From Picochlorum sp. SENEW3 (lineage: Eukaryota): a stretch of DNA of 64,000 nucleotides. Shown piece by piece: positions 46,797 through 59,175 of the stretch (the first letter of the stretch is position 1; every line of letters begins with the position of its first letter). The notes beneath the pieces are model-generated. The model did not search any database, was not told the DNA's origin, and saw only the letters and a program-made list of their open reading frames with translations. The stretch is taken from the NCBI GenBank assembly GCA_034226945.1, contig CP120454.1, forward strand, positions 1,364,001 through 1,428,000, given 5' to 3'. The position numbers were made by a program, and so were the translations under genes.

Positions 46797-47592
46797 ATGA
46801 TGCAGACCTTCAAGAGTACCAATGTGCTGAGAAGCAGCTTGACCGCTCGTCCGGTACGTGTGCCTTTGATTATGGATTCTTTTCTATGTGATGGGGGTTA
46901 TAATATGCCATGTAATGCAGGTGTCTCGTGTTCAGAGGGTATCTGTGGTGACACAGAGTGCTGCTGGGAACTGGTTCCCAGGGTCTGAAACCCCAGCCCA
47001 CTTGTCTAGTAGCTCTCTTCCAGGAAACTTTGGATTCGATCCATTGAACTTGGGTAAGGACCCAGAGAAGTTGAAGTGGTATGCTCAAGCGGAGCTTCAG
47101 CACGCTCGTTGGGCCATGTTGGGTGTTGCAGGTGTGTTGGGAGCAGAGGCTACTGGACATGATTGGTTCACTGCTGGATCCCAGGAGTACTTTGCCGACT
47201 CCAAGACATTGTTCGCTATTCAAATGTTTTTGATGGCATGGGTTGAGATTCGTCGTCTTCAGGACATGAGAAAGCCAGGAAGTGCCAACCAGGACCCAAT
47301 CTTTTCAAATAACAAGCTTCCAGATGGAAATGAGCCAGGATATCCAGGAGGAATCTTTGATCCAGCTGGATTTGCCAAGGGCGATGTGAACACATTGAAG
47401 CTTAAGGAGATCAAGAATGGTCGCTTGGCTATGGTTGCATTTTTAGGATTTATTGCACAGCACTCTGCCACTGGCAAGGGTCCTTTGACCAACTTGGCAG
47501 ACCATCTTGCTGATCCATGGAGCAACTTGGTCATTACAAATGGAGTTTCTGTTCCATTTGCCACCCATGATGGAGTTACATCATTCTGGTAA
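46797..47592 (+). CDS. LHCA: Photosystem I light-harvesting protein (Lhca family)
   Basis: [42 protein letters not shown]; intron 46854-46920. Confidence 0.93.
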
Positions 47593-47813
47593 GCAGAATG
47601 GGCATTGTGAGATGGAATGTTGTGTGTATTCTTGTCTTGGTAGCTGACATGTAATGCTGTTTAAAGAATCTAATGGAATACAATGTGATATACATTCGCA
47701 TAGTATAGCATAGTATTGGCGACTCGAAATCTTCTACATGGACAATGTCGTCCGTAGCACTGAACAAAATCGGTCTCGTATTATTACTTCTCTACTTCTT
47801 ACTAAAGAGAGAA

Positions 47814-50800
47814 TTATTTTCCCCTCTTCATCTGATGCGCAACGAGCCTTGCATAGCTGCCTCCTTTGCTCATCAGCTCATCGTGGCTGCCCTGCTCCAC
47901 AATGTGGCCCTTGTACACAACAGCGATGTTGTCCGCGTCGCGGATCGTCGACAGGCGGTGCGCCACGATGATGGTGGTGCGACCAACCATCAGACGGTCC
48001 AGAGCATCTTGAACAACACGCTCGCTCTCCGCATCCAAGGCTGACGTGGCCTCGTCCAGAAGGAGCACCTTGGGGTCCTTCACAATGGCGCGAGCGATAG
48101 CGATGCGCTGCTTCTGGCCCCCGCTCAACTGGATGCACCCCTCCCCGAGCATGGTGCTGTACCCCTCGGGCAGAGCCTGGATGAACTGGTGGGCGTTGGC
48201 CGCACGAGCAGCTTCCTCAACCTGCTCCAGGCTCGCCTCGGGGCGGCCGTATCGAATGTTGTCTGCTACGCTCATGTTGAACAGCACCGGCTCCTGGCTC
48301 ACCAGACCCACGTTGGACCGCAGCCAGTGCAGGTTGAGGTCGCGGATGTCTTGGCCGTCCAGAAGGACGCCCCCATCCACGGGGTCGTAAAACCTCTCAA
48401 TCAGGGACACCACCGTGGATTTCCCACTTCCTGACTCGCCCACCAGTGCCATGGTCTTGCCAGCCTCAACGGACAGGTTGAACTTCTGGAACACGGGTGC
48501 ATCCGGTCTCTGGGGGTAGGCAAACGTCACATCATGGAGCTCAATATTACCTGTGCATTCCATCGGCCTAACTCCTTCTTCGGTGAATGCATCAATTGCT
48601 GTTTTCCTATCAACTATTGCAAACACACGCTTGGTTGCTGCCCCTCCTTTGGCAACATCTGGGAAATTAATTTGTGCCTGTCCAAGTCCAAAGGCAGCAA
48701 GGAATACAGCAAAGAATGCTTTCAGGGCTTCTTCAAAAGTCGAATAACCTCTCGAGATTTCCAACCCCATGTACCAAAATGCCAATGCATATATGCTAAA
48801 CAGGACAAATTGAGAAAATCCAAGGCCTAAACCACCAAAATTGGCTTGTTTATATGATCGCTTGGTTGGCACTGACAACAGCCTTGCATATAGATCTGAC
48901 ACCTGATCCTCCATGCCAAATGCTGATACGGTTCGTATCGAGGTAACAGCTTCAGAAGCAGTTTGATTTGCTCCAGCGAACATCTCCTCTTCATCACCAG
49001 ATTGTGCGACCATGACCTTTGTTTGGATTGTGGCTGCAACCCCCAAGATGGGAATCATAGCCATGACCACCAACATCATCCTCCAACTATTGATTCCGGC
49101 GATGACCAGCCCAGCTACCATGGTAACAAGGTTCTGAACAACCAACCCCATGGTATCTCCAAACTGACCACGGATGGCCGTGGCATCTGAAGACAACTTA
49201 CTCGTCAAGGCACCAGATGAATTGGCATCTCGATCAAAATACGCAACTTCTTGTTTCAACAAGGCTTCCATCATCATGACTCGAGCTCTTTGGGCTAAAC
49301 GTTGTCCCATGAAGTTGAAACTGTAGGACTGGATAAAGGCCCCCACTAAAGCAGCAAAACCCATTCCCATGAACACCAAGGACCACTTGCGCGTATTGCT
49401 TGTGATATAATCCTTCTCTTCCTGTGTCATCTCCCCTTCACCCTCTCCGTAACCGTAGAATCCTCCGATCAGAGATGCCAGAGCGAGAGCGAAAATTGGG
49501 AACAACAATCCCATGATGGCTGATCCGACCACACCAGAGAGCAATGCTGGCAATTCTGGTTTATTCAGCTGGGCGATTCGCTTCATTCCTACCTTGACCT
49601 TTTCTTCTTCTGGGTACAACGTTTTCTTTGTTTTACTGACCATTTCCTCAGCCTGCTTACCGTCTTTCATGCTCTTCTTCTTTCTCAAGAATGTAAAGCC
49701 TCTGTATCCTTGCATCACCCCTTTCACTGGTGCAGCCTGCAACACATAACTCAAGCATATTATTAGACGACCATCATATCATTTCTTGAATTAAAATGAA
49801 AGGACGCACCGTTGGAGCCATACCACCGGAATCATAAGCCACCCTCTCGGCATAGTCTTTGGATTCTTTGACAAAGCCCTCAGAAGGCCGTTCGATGTCG
49901 AATGACCCCGAGCGTCTACCAAAGATTGGACGGGACTCATCTAAAGAAATCCTTCTTTCGTACTCGTCGTCTTCACCAGATGACTGTTGCATCTGAACGA
50001 GGGTAGCGTACGCACCGCCCTTCTCCAGAAGCTCACTGTGGGTCCCAAGCTCAATCACATTACCGCGACGGACCACAGCAATAGCATCAGCACCGCGGAT
50101 CGTCGACAGACGATGAGCGACAACAACTGTCGTGCGACCAACCATCAAACGGTCCAAAGCATCCTGCACAACACGCTCGCTCTCCGCGTCAAGGGCTGAC
50201 GTGGCCTCGTCAAGAAGCAGAACACTCGGATTCTTCAGGATCGCACGAGCGATCGCGATGCGCTGCTTCTGCCCACCACTCATTTGAACACCCTTCTCAC
50301 CAACCTGCGTGTCGTACCCATCAGGAAGAGCGCTGATGAACTTGTGAGCATTTGCAGACTTGGCAGCAGCAACAACCTCCTCCTCGCTCGCGCCAGGCTT
50401 GCCAAACAGAATGTTCTCGCGGATCGTCGTCGCGAACAGCGTCGGCTCCTGGCTCACCAAGCCCACCTGGGAGCGAAGCCAAGGCAGGCTGAGGTCGCTC
50501 AGCCGGTGGCCGTCCAGAGTCACGCACCCAGAGGTGGGGTCGTAGAAACGCTCAATCAGGGACACGGCTGTGGACTTGCCGCTCCCAGACTCCCCGACAA
50601 GGGCCACCGTCTGCCCCGCACGCACCGTCAGGTTGAAGTTGTCAAACACCACCTTGTCAGGACGAGACGGGTACGCAAAGCACACATTCTGAAACTCAAT
50701 CTCACCAGTCACAGAGTCAGGCTCCTCACCTCCAGCTGCAATATTGATAGTTGGCTCTCTTGCCAAGATACCAAACACTCTTCTACCTGATACCTTTCCA

Positions 50801-51849
50801 GCTTGGAAATATTGAATATTAGGAGCAGCCTGACCAAGCGCAATTCCTCCAATGAGCGCAGAAAAGAGCACGTTCAATACTTGCCCTGGAGTGTACTCCC
50901 CCGCGGTAATCCGTGTCCCTCCATACCACATTGCCAGAGCATATGCGCAAAACGCAATGCAATTCGTCAATCCCAATGTTGTTCCACTCAAATATCCTTG
51001 ATTAATGCCGACCTTTGTCGACGGCTGCAAACACTCATCGTACTCTTTCACTGTTCTCGACTCCCCATTGAATGCATAAATTGTACGAATGTTTCCCAAC
51101 GCCTGTTGTGCCAAGGAATTTGCCGCAGCATATGCTCTATTCAACGTGGTTGTCAGTTTTCCTGTCACATAGGTGAGCAAAAATCCAGCAACACCCAGAA
51201 TAGGAAGCAGCGACAAAATCACTAGTGTCATTGACCAGCCACGGACAAATGCAATGATGATTCCAGACAAACATGTCGCCATGAAGAACAGAAACATCGC
51301 CACCTTCTCCCCTATACCCTTCTGAATAGCGTTACAATCTTCATTCAAACCTTGCAGTAGAAATCCAGAGGTGCCCTCGGTATCGAAATACTCAATATCC
51401 TGATGCAGCACCTTTCTCAAGTAGATGGACCTGATTCTGTTTGTCTGCCTCACAGATGTCACAGACCAGAAAAATGACTGCGCGTACGCCCCCACGAATG
51501 TAACCAAACCAATATACACAAATGCTGGAACAGCATCATTGACAATCTCGGTCAATGATTTACCCCCTTCCACATTCGTCTGGTTATACCCAATGTCGTT
51601 CATGATGTTTCCCAAGAAGATGGCAAACACAGGCAATCCAGCCCCATTGACTATAGCCCCCAGACTCCCCAACAACATGAAAATAATATCCACCTTATCA
51701 GCATATCGAAACAAAGAAAAGTATGAAATGGCAGGATACTGCTCCCCTTGATCCTTTTTGGTGTCCTTGGTTGTGGTTTCCTCCTCCACCACAGCAGCAA
51801 CCATCTCAGTACCTTCCTCCTTCGTCTTTTCTATTACTGTATCAGTCAT
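47814..51849 (-). CDS. Full-length ABCB (MDR/P-glycoprotein) transporter, copy A
   Basis: TMD-NBD-TMD-NBD with GESGSGKS, (M/L)SGGQKQRIAIARA, LLLDEATSALD; 73-nt intron 49737-49809 joins ORFs 49774-51849 and 47814-49754. Confidence 0.95.
47831..48551. repeat. 721-nt direct repeat, copy 1 (NBD2 of ABCB copy A); partner 52352-53072
   Basis: No mismatch found on manual comparison; alternative-frame ORF translations are identical. Confidence 0.95.
49987..50759. repeat. 773-nt direct repeat, copy 1 (NBD1 of ABCB copy A); partner 54512-55284
   Basis: Three synonymous mismatches found on manual comparison. Confidence 0.95.
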
Positions 51850-52331
51850 TGTTTCAAATTTTACTTCAGAATGCTATTCATGGCGCTCAAAATGAGAAAG
51901 CGTGTTTTTTCCTTGTACGCTGAGAGAGAAGTACAACAACTTTGGCGGTCAGCAACGTCTACCAACAGAAGCTGTAACCTAGAGACTATATGACAGGTAC
52001 AATATTAACGAAATACTTTATTTAATAAAGTATCATAATATGATACTATTTACTGTTGCTTTGCGGATGAATGCATCGCATCTGGAGTGACCGGCGCATG
52101 AGAACAATCGAGTGACTGGCATTGTCCGGGGCTAATGGAATAATATTCTGCCGAGAACCGGTCATCCACGGTTGCGATCGGTCAACGGTCTCGTCGACGG
52201 GCGGCTATGAAGCATGCCATGATGAAGGTGTGAACTTGCACAAATGTATTTAAATGACTAGTAGTAACACAACAAACAGAAAGGAATGCAATTGACGAAA
52301 TGAAATATGTACTAGTCAACTCAGGATTCAT

Positions 52332-55300
52332 CTAAGGTGTGGATGCCCCCGTCTGATGCGCAACGAGCCTTGCATAGCTGCCTCCTTTGCTCATCAGCTC
52401 ATCGTGGCTGCCCTGCTCCACAATGTGGCCCTTGTACACAACAGCGATGTTGTCCGCGTCGCGGATCGTCGACAGGCGGTGCGCCACGATGATGGTGGTG
52501 CGACCAACCATCAGACGGTCCAGAGCATCTTGAACAACACGCTCGCTCTCCGCATCCAAGGCTGACGTGGCCTCGTCCAGAAGGAGCACCTTGGGGTCCT
52601 TCACAATGGCGCGAGCGATAGCGATGCGCTGCTTCTGGCCCCCGCTCAACTGGATGCACCCCTCCCCGAGCATGGTGCTGTACCCCTCGGGCAGAGCCTG
52701 GATGAACTGGTGGGCGTTGGCCGCACGAGCAGCTTCCTCAACCTGCTCCAGGCTCGCCTCGGGGCGGCCGTATCGAATGTTGTCTGCTACGCTCATGTTG
52801 AACAGCACCGGCTCCTGGCTCACCAGACCCACGTTGGACCGCAGCCAGTGCAGGTTGAGGTCGCGGATGTCTTGGCCGTCCAGAAGGACGCCCCCATCCA
52901 CGGGGTCGTAAAACCTCTCAATCAGGGACACCACCGTGGATTTCCCACTTCCTGACTCGCCCACCAGTGCCATGGTCTTGCCAGCCTCAACGGACAGGTT
53001 GAACTTCTGGAACACGGGTGCATCCGGTCTCTGGGGGTAGGCAAACGTCACATCATGGAGCTCAATATTACCCTTGCATGTGGATGGCCTGTCACCTTGA
53101 GCACTGCTCGAGTCAATCAGCGGTTTCCTATCAATAATGGCAAAGACACGTTTCGCTGCTTCCTTACCTTTCGCAACATCTGGGAAATGAAGTTGGGATT
53201 GCGCTGTGCTGAACGCAGCCAAAAATACTGCAAAGAATGACTTGAGGACCTCCTCAAAAGTGGCCCTACCAGAACTCACCTCGTCACCAGCAAACCAAAA
53301 GGCCAGTGAGAATATTCCGAATATGATGATCTGATTGAAACCAAAGCCACTTGCTGATGAAAGTATTCTCTGTTTTGCTTTCTGCGTTGGGAACATGAGC
53401 AACCTATGGTACAAGTCTGCCAAATTATCCTCCATACCAAATGCTGCAACAGTGCGTATCGCCAAGAATGATTCTGAAGCTGCCCTGTTGGCTGAGGCGA
53501 AATTTTCAGACTCTTGATTCACGTAATTGACGATCAATCGCGTTTGAATTCCGACAACAATACCTAATAAAGGCAGGCAAGCAACGACAAGGAGCATCAT
53601 TCGCCAGTCATATGCACCTGCAATGATGAGACCTGCTACCAAGGTCACGGTGTTCTGCACGCAATACATATACGCAATGAGTACGATCAAGATGTTCAGA
53701 AATATCATAGGTATAGTGTGAAACATACCTGCGTCAGGAGTCCCATGGAGTCACCAAACTGGCCTTTTACAGCCATAGCATCAGTTGAAAGCTTTGTTGT
53801 GAGAACACCTGATGAGTTCTTCTCGTCATCAAACCAGCCAATTTCCTGCTTCAAGAGTGCTGTCAGTGTTAACACGCGGATTCTTCTACCAAGTCTTTGT
53901 CCCATATAATTGAAACTGTAGTTTTGAATAATAGCAGAAAACAGGGCACCAAATCCAATAGCCATGAACACAAGAGACCATTTTTGGGCTTGGTTCACTA
54001 GTTCAGTAGAATCGAGGTAATACCGATAAAATACTCCAATCATGGATGAGAATACAATACTGAAAGAAGGCATCACCATACCCATACCTATTGATCCCAA
54101 AATTCCAGTGACAGCAGCTGGCATTTCAGGTTTATTGAGGAGAGCAATTCTCTTCTTATCAACAGCAGCACCATCCTCGTCCTCCTTTTCCTCATCCTTT
54201 TCCTGCCCGTGCTCATAACGGGATTTCCTCAACCACTTTTTTCTTCTTTTTGTGAAGCCTTTTTTCTCTGGAGAGGTTGTCGTGATCACTTCCCCAGACT
54301 CTGCAGCGCTCACAACATGACTGGATGTCCTAGCAACAGCAGAGACTATTTCCTCTGCAATCTCCTCAGCCTCATGAGCAACTTCCAAAACACCTTCACC
54401 CGCCATACGCGCTGGCATTCCCCAATTGATGGATGCTCGGTGATCGTCGTCGGACTGCTCGACACGTGCAATCTTCCTCTCATTCCTTCGCCTGTCTTCT
54501 TCCTCACTCCCTTGCATCTGAACGAGGGTAGCGTACGCACCGCCCTTCTCCAGAAGCTCACTGTGGGTACCAAGCTCAATCACATTACCGCGACGGACCA
54601 CAGCAATAGCATCAGCACCGCGGATCGTCGACAGACGATGAGCGACAACAACTGTCGTGCGACCAACCATCAAACGGTCCAAAGCATCCTGCACAACACG
54701 CTCGCTCTCCGCGTCAAGGGCTGACGTGGCCTCGTCAAGAAGCAGAACACTCGGATTCTTCAGGATCGCACGAGCGATCGCGATGCGCTGCTTCTGCCCA
54801 CCGCTCATTTGGACACCCTTCTCACCAACCTGCGTGTCGTACCCATCAGGAAGAGCGCTGATGAACTTGTGAGCATTTGCAGACTTGGCAGCAGCAACAA
54901 CCTCCTCCTCGCTCGCGCCAGGCTTGCCAAACAGAATGTTCTCGCGGATCGTCGTCGCGAACAGCGTCGGCTCCTGGCTCACCAAGCCCACCTGGGAGCG
55001 AAGCCAAGGCAGGCTGAGGTCGCTCAGCCGGTGGCCGTCCAGAGTCACGCACCCAGAGGTGGGGTCGTAGAAACGCTCAATCAGGGACACGGCTGTGGAC
55101 TTGCCGCTCCCAGACTCCCCGACAAGGGCCACCGTCTGCCCCGCACGCACCGTCAGGTTGAAGTTGTCAAACACCACCTTGTCAGGACGAGACGGGTACG
55201 CAAAGCACACATTCTGAAACTCAATCTCACCAGTCACAGAGTCAGGCTCCTCACCTCCAGCTGCAATATTGATAGTTGGCTCTCGCTCCATGATGGAATA

Positions 55301-56710
55301 AAGTCTCGATGCAGACAGTCGTCCTGACTGGAAAGCACTCCAATTGGGCACTGCTTGTCCTAATGCAAACCCACCAATCAGGGCTGAAAGCAGTACATTC
55401 ACCACATCCCCTCCGGTGTATCCATTTGGACCAACTTGTGTGGCGCCATACCACATTGCCAAGGCATATCCACAGTATGCCGTGCACATGGTCATTCCAA
55501 TCGTCAGTCCATTAAATATTCCCTGCTTGGTGCCGACCTGTTCAGGGAATTTCAATGCCTCATCATATGCACTGATCGTTCGCTCCTGCCCATTGAACGC
55601 AAAAACTGTTCTTATGCTTCTAAGAGCTTGTTCAGCAATCGAACTCGCACCAGAGTCCGCTTTACTCGATTTGGCATTTATGCGTGCAACAGCAGAACTT
55701 GCAAAATACCCTGTAATAACCAGCACAGGCATGAATGCCAGCATGACAAGCGTCATATCCCATCCTTTGGTAAATGCAATAACAATACCAGATATGGCTG
55801 TCGACATGAAGAACAGAAACATGGACAGTTTTTCCCCAACTGCTTTTTGCACTTTTTGGCAGTCATCTGTAAGACCCTGCATGAGAACACCAGACGTCCC
55901 ACTCGTATCAAAGTATGCAATATCCTGCCCCAAGACTTTCCTGAGGTATTTTTCCCTCAACCTATTTGCCTGTCTGACCGAGCTATATCCCAGGAAGTAT
56001 ACTTGCAGGAATGCAGCAACCATGCCTCCAACACCCAAATACATAAATTTGGGAACAGTATTCTTGACACTTGCACTCAAAGCATCAGGATCTTGCCTGA
56101 TGTAATAATTGATTGCGATATCATCCAATATATCGCCGAATATGATGGTGAATACGGGGAAAACTACTCCATTTCCCAATGCACCAATGATGCCAAGGAT
56201 TTGAGCAACCACATCAAACCTATCCATGTGCTCGTACAAGCGATAGAAAGGCACTGGCTCAATATCATCGTCCTCTTCTTTCTCTTCATCTTCTGGCCTT
56301 TGGAACAATCGCCACCTACGTCGATGAGAGCGGGAGTCTTGATTTTGCTCGTGTTGGACAATGCTCTTGTCATCATTCTTTCCGTCCACACTGCTGGACT
56401 GTTTACTATTCGGGCTGATATCCTTTCCACTCTCTTGATCATCTACAAGAGAAGGAATATCACCCGCATTCGTCTCTTGAGCAGCAGTATCCCGACCTCC
56501 ATTCTGATGTGAAACCTCCAACACCTGCTCTGCTCGTTCTATAGCACTGCCAACAACCACGCTGACAAAGTGATGGCTCGGCCCTGGCGCCATGTCCTTT
56601 TGCTGATGTCGTGCTTTATCAGATAATCCAGGACTGTACACTTCTATCGGAGATCCGAGAGATCCGTCCAAAACACCGCTATCAATAGTGTCGAGGTCAG
56701 CAGCCATCAT
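52332..56710 (-). CDS. Full-length ABCB (MDR/P-glycoprotein) transporter, copy B, with long N-terminal extension
   Basis: Same architecture; 74-nt intron 53655-53728 joins LLTQ to NTVTLVAG. Confidence 0.95.
52352..53072. repeat. 721-nt direct repeat, copy 2 (NBD2 of ABCB copy B)
   Basis: Matches 47831-48551. Confidence 0.95.
54512..55284. repeat. 773-nt direct repeat, copy 2 (NBD1 of ABCB copy B)
   Basis: Matches 49987-50759 with three substitutions. Confidence 0.95.
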
Positions 56711-57303
56711 GTATCACTGTCACACAGGTGATCAGTCAATCCTGCACGATACCACGATTCCGTATCAGCATGTACCGAAAAGGCCACGACCAAATGGTCT
56801 AGAGAAAAGAAGCGACATTCTTCGCCTGATAGAAACACAGCCAGGGGCGCAGTGCAAAGAAGGCAGCACTGGTTGCACCACACTGACTGGCATCCAACGT
56901 GGCACCTCGCCCACCATATCTCAGTTAAAAAATATCACATCTACAGTAATAAAGCACACAACGCACGCTTTTGGACAGAGAACAAGAACTCTGTGGGTTG
57001 GTCGCACCCTCAACAAACAGGGCTGTGGCGCGTCACCGAGTACAAACGCTCCGTGCCTATTTTGTACTCTTCTGTTTTTTCTAGAGCCTATCTACCATGT
57101 AATAAATTGTCAACAAATGCGATAGACGATGTATTCTTGAAGAGAATGTATGTTTCCCTAGAAGACAGCCTGCTGTCGAATATCAACTGACCTCGTCCTA
57201 TCGAACGTTCGAGCGTTAACGCTTGATCAGACGACCCATCTGAGAATTGGTCGGCAGGGAATTGCATGAAGGCAAATGGAATGAAGGTGCATGTTCATCA
57301 CGA

Positions 57304-58650
57304 TTACAACGTCTCTTCCATGGTAAAATATAAATTAGTGAGATGTTCATTCTTTCTAGAGAATGCACGCCTGATCGTCCTCTTTGACAGAACAGGCGAA
57401 TCAAAGCTGCCATTGCGCAAAGAATATCCAAAAGACTGTATTTGACGAATGAAATCTAACGAACTCGTATTCGTAGCTGCTTTCAATGGAGGAGGGTTGA
57501 GTTCTGTTACGAAATACCGAGGTTTGGTTGTGTTGAAAAACCTGCGTCCACCTTGAATCACCCATGGCTCAAAGCCCTCTGTGTCCATCTTCACGGCCCC
57601 AACCTTGCCTGTCAAGTTTGCCATGGTCGTGCGGTCTAGAACATCATCTAACCGAACTATATCAAGCTGTTGACGCCATACAAGAAAGGCAAATGGTGGC
57701 TTTTTTGACGGTCCGCACGCTACAGCTCCGTCCAAAATATTCTGTGGGTCACTGAACATCTGGCACGTTGCCTTGTCCTTTCCCAGAGCGGTATTAAATA
57801 TAGCTATTGACTCGATGAGCTGTGGATTTGCGCATAGAGACATACGCAAGGCTTCTTGATTTACCTGTAGTGCTTCAAATGCCAGCACTTGGAAACCCAT
57901 CATGGCAATGGCAAAGGAAAATGTTCCAACATTTGCACCAATGTCAACAAAGTACACTTCTGATCGTGACAGCCCTTGAGACTCAGCGAATGCGTCCAAT
58001 TTATAAATGATCGATTGTATTTCTCCGCCTTCCCATTGCCCATACTCGTGTAAGGAATGACTCACAATGTCAGCCATTCCATTCTCATTGAAGGACTGTA
58101 GCGCATACAATGAGTACTGCTCAAATCCATCCATAGACCAGATGGAATCAATCCTCTCCAGTACAGCAACTGATGCGTTTCCATTGCTGCTGACATTAAC
58201 AGGGACAATACGCGGCAGTTCATCGCCCATCTTAGAGCAGAATTTCTTCTGCTTCTCTATACGTGTTTTGAAGACATGGCGCAGTGTGCCTTCTTTGTGC
58301 CTATCCCTTCCTTCACCTTGCATGAACCAGTCATCATATTCATCCCCACGCACCGTCATAAGCGAAGTGTCATCGCCTTCGGGTGAGGATAATGGTATCA
58401 TGGCCTGTCGTATTAGTGAAGGCGTCATCATCACTGGAGCAATTTCATGCACAACAGCTGATGATGAAACCAAGTTTCCATGGAAGAATGGGGAGAACGC
58501 CATCACAGCCATCACTGCAATCAATAGAGATGTCACAATACTGATGTATCGATAACGAGACGCCCTTCCATGCTTCAAATTTGTGCCTCCACTCACGGCG
58601 GTGGAGGTTGGTGAGGAACCCTGCCTGGCTGACGGGTGTTGAATGACCAT
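57304..58650 (-). CDS. FkbM-family methyltransferase, type II membrane protein
   Basis: N-terminal TM; FVDIGANVGTFS, LAFEA, RLDD and KMDTEGFEPWVIQG motifs. Confidence 0.88.
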   Translation of the reverse strand: MVIQHPSARQGSSPTSTAVSGGTNLKHGRASRYRYISIVTSLLIAVMAVMAFSPFFHGNLVSSSAVVHEIAPVMMTPSLIRQAMIPLSSPEGDDTSLMTVRGDEYDDWFMQGEGRDRHKEGTLRHVFKTRIEKQKKFCSKMGDELPRIVPVNVSSNGNASVAVLERIDSIWSMDGFEQYSLYALQSFNENGMADIVSHSLHEYGQWEGGEIQSIIYKLDAFAESQGLSRSEVYFVDIGANVGTFSFAIAMMGFQVLAFEALQVNQEALRMSLCANPQLIESIAIFNTALGKDKATCQMFSDPQNILDGAVACGPSKKPPFAFLVWRQQLDIVRLDDVLDRTTMANLTGKVGAVKMDTEGFEPWVIQGGRRFFNTTKPRYFVTELNPPPLKAATNTSSLDFIRQIQSFGYSLRNGSFDSPVLSKRTIRRAFSRKNEHLTNLYFTMEETL

Positions 58651-59175
58651 TTATTGCCGATACAATCTCTGAAAAAGATTCATATTTTATTTCAAAATGA
58701 TTTACTCTCTTCTTCGTCTTCCTTTCACTCCGAATGCCTCATAAAACGAAACAATATAGGCAATCTCCTCTTCTCTCTAATTGTACTGACACACAAGTAT
58801 CTCAGCCTTTATCCACAGCGACACAGGGATACTAATACCAATTATTTATAGGTAGTGAAAATAGTAAAAAAAAGAGCATACAGAATACCCAAAGCGACGT
58901 ACGGCATTCGAATGCGGGAATTCGTCGTAATTAAATGTTTATATAATGTCTTAAATACAGCACATGTGGAATAAAACAGACAAGAGAGCATGCCTGCAAA
59001 GGCTGGTTCATGAATTAATATAACTGAAAATATCGCAGAAGTACACGAGCCCAGCACGGAAAGAACGTGCGTGTTCTGTATGGGTAGCCAAAGGCTATTT
59101 CGTACACTGGCATAAACCCAAGTTGGGTATGTCGAGGGATCCCATCTAGTTGAGAATGAGTATGCCTGATTCAAA

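Noticed and set aside
52150..52195. Four CGGT words between the ABCB genes
   Set aside because: Too short and degenerate to distinguish from chance.
47831..55284. Long direct repeats as possible LTRs or a mobile element
   Set aside because: They are in-frame ABC ATPase coding domains; no transposase, RT, TIR or TSD seen.
55344..56512. Long plus-strand ORFs (253 and 358 aa) over ABCB copy B
   Set aside because: Antisense shadows with no recognisable motifs.
13906..58650. Several SAM-related genes (MtnA-K, HOL, AMT1, FkbM) as a metabolic cluster
   Set aside because: Dispersed among unrelated housekeeping genes; no evidence of clustering.
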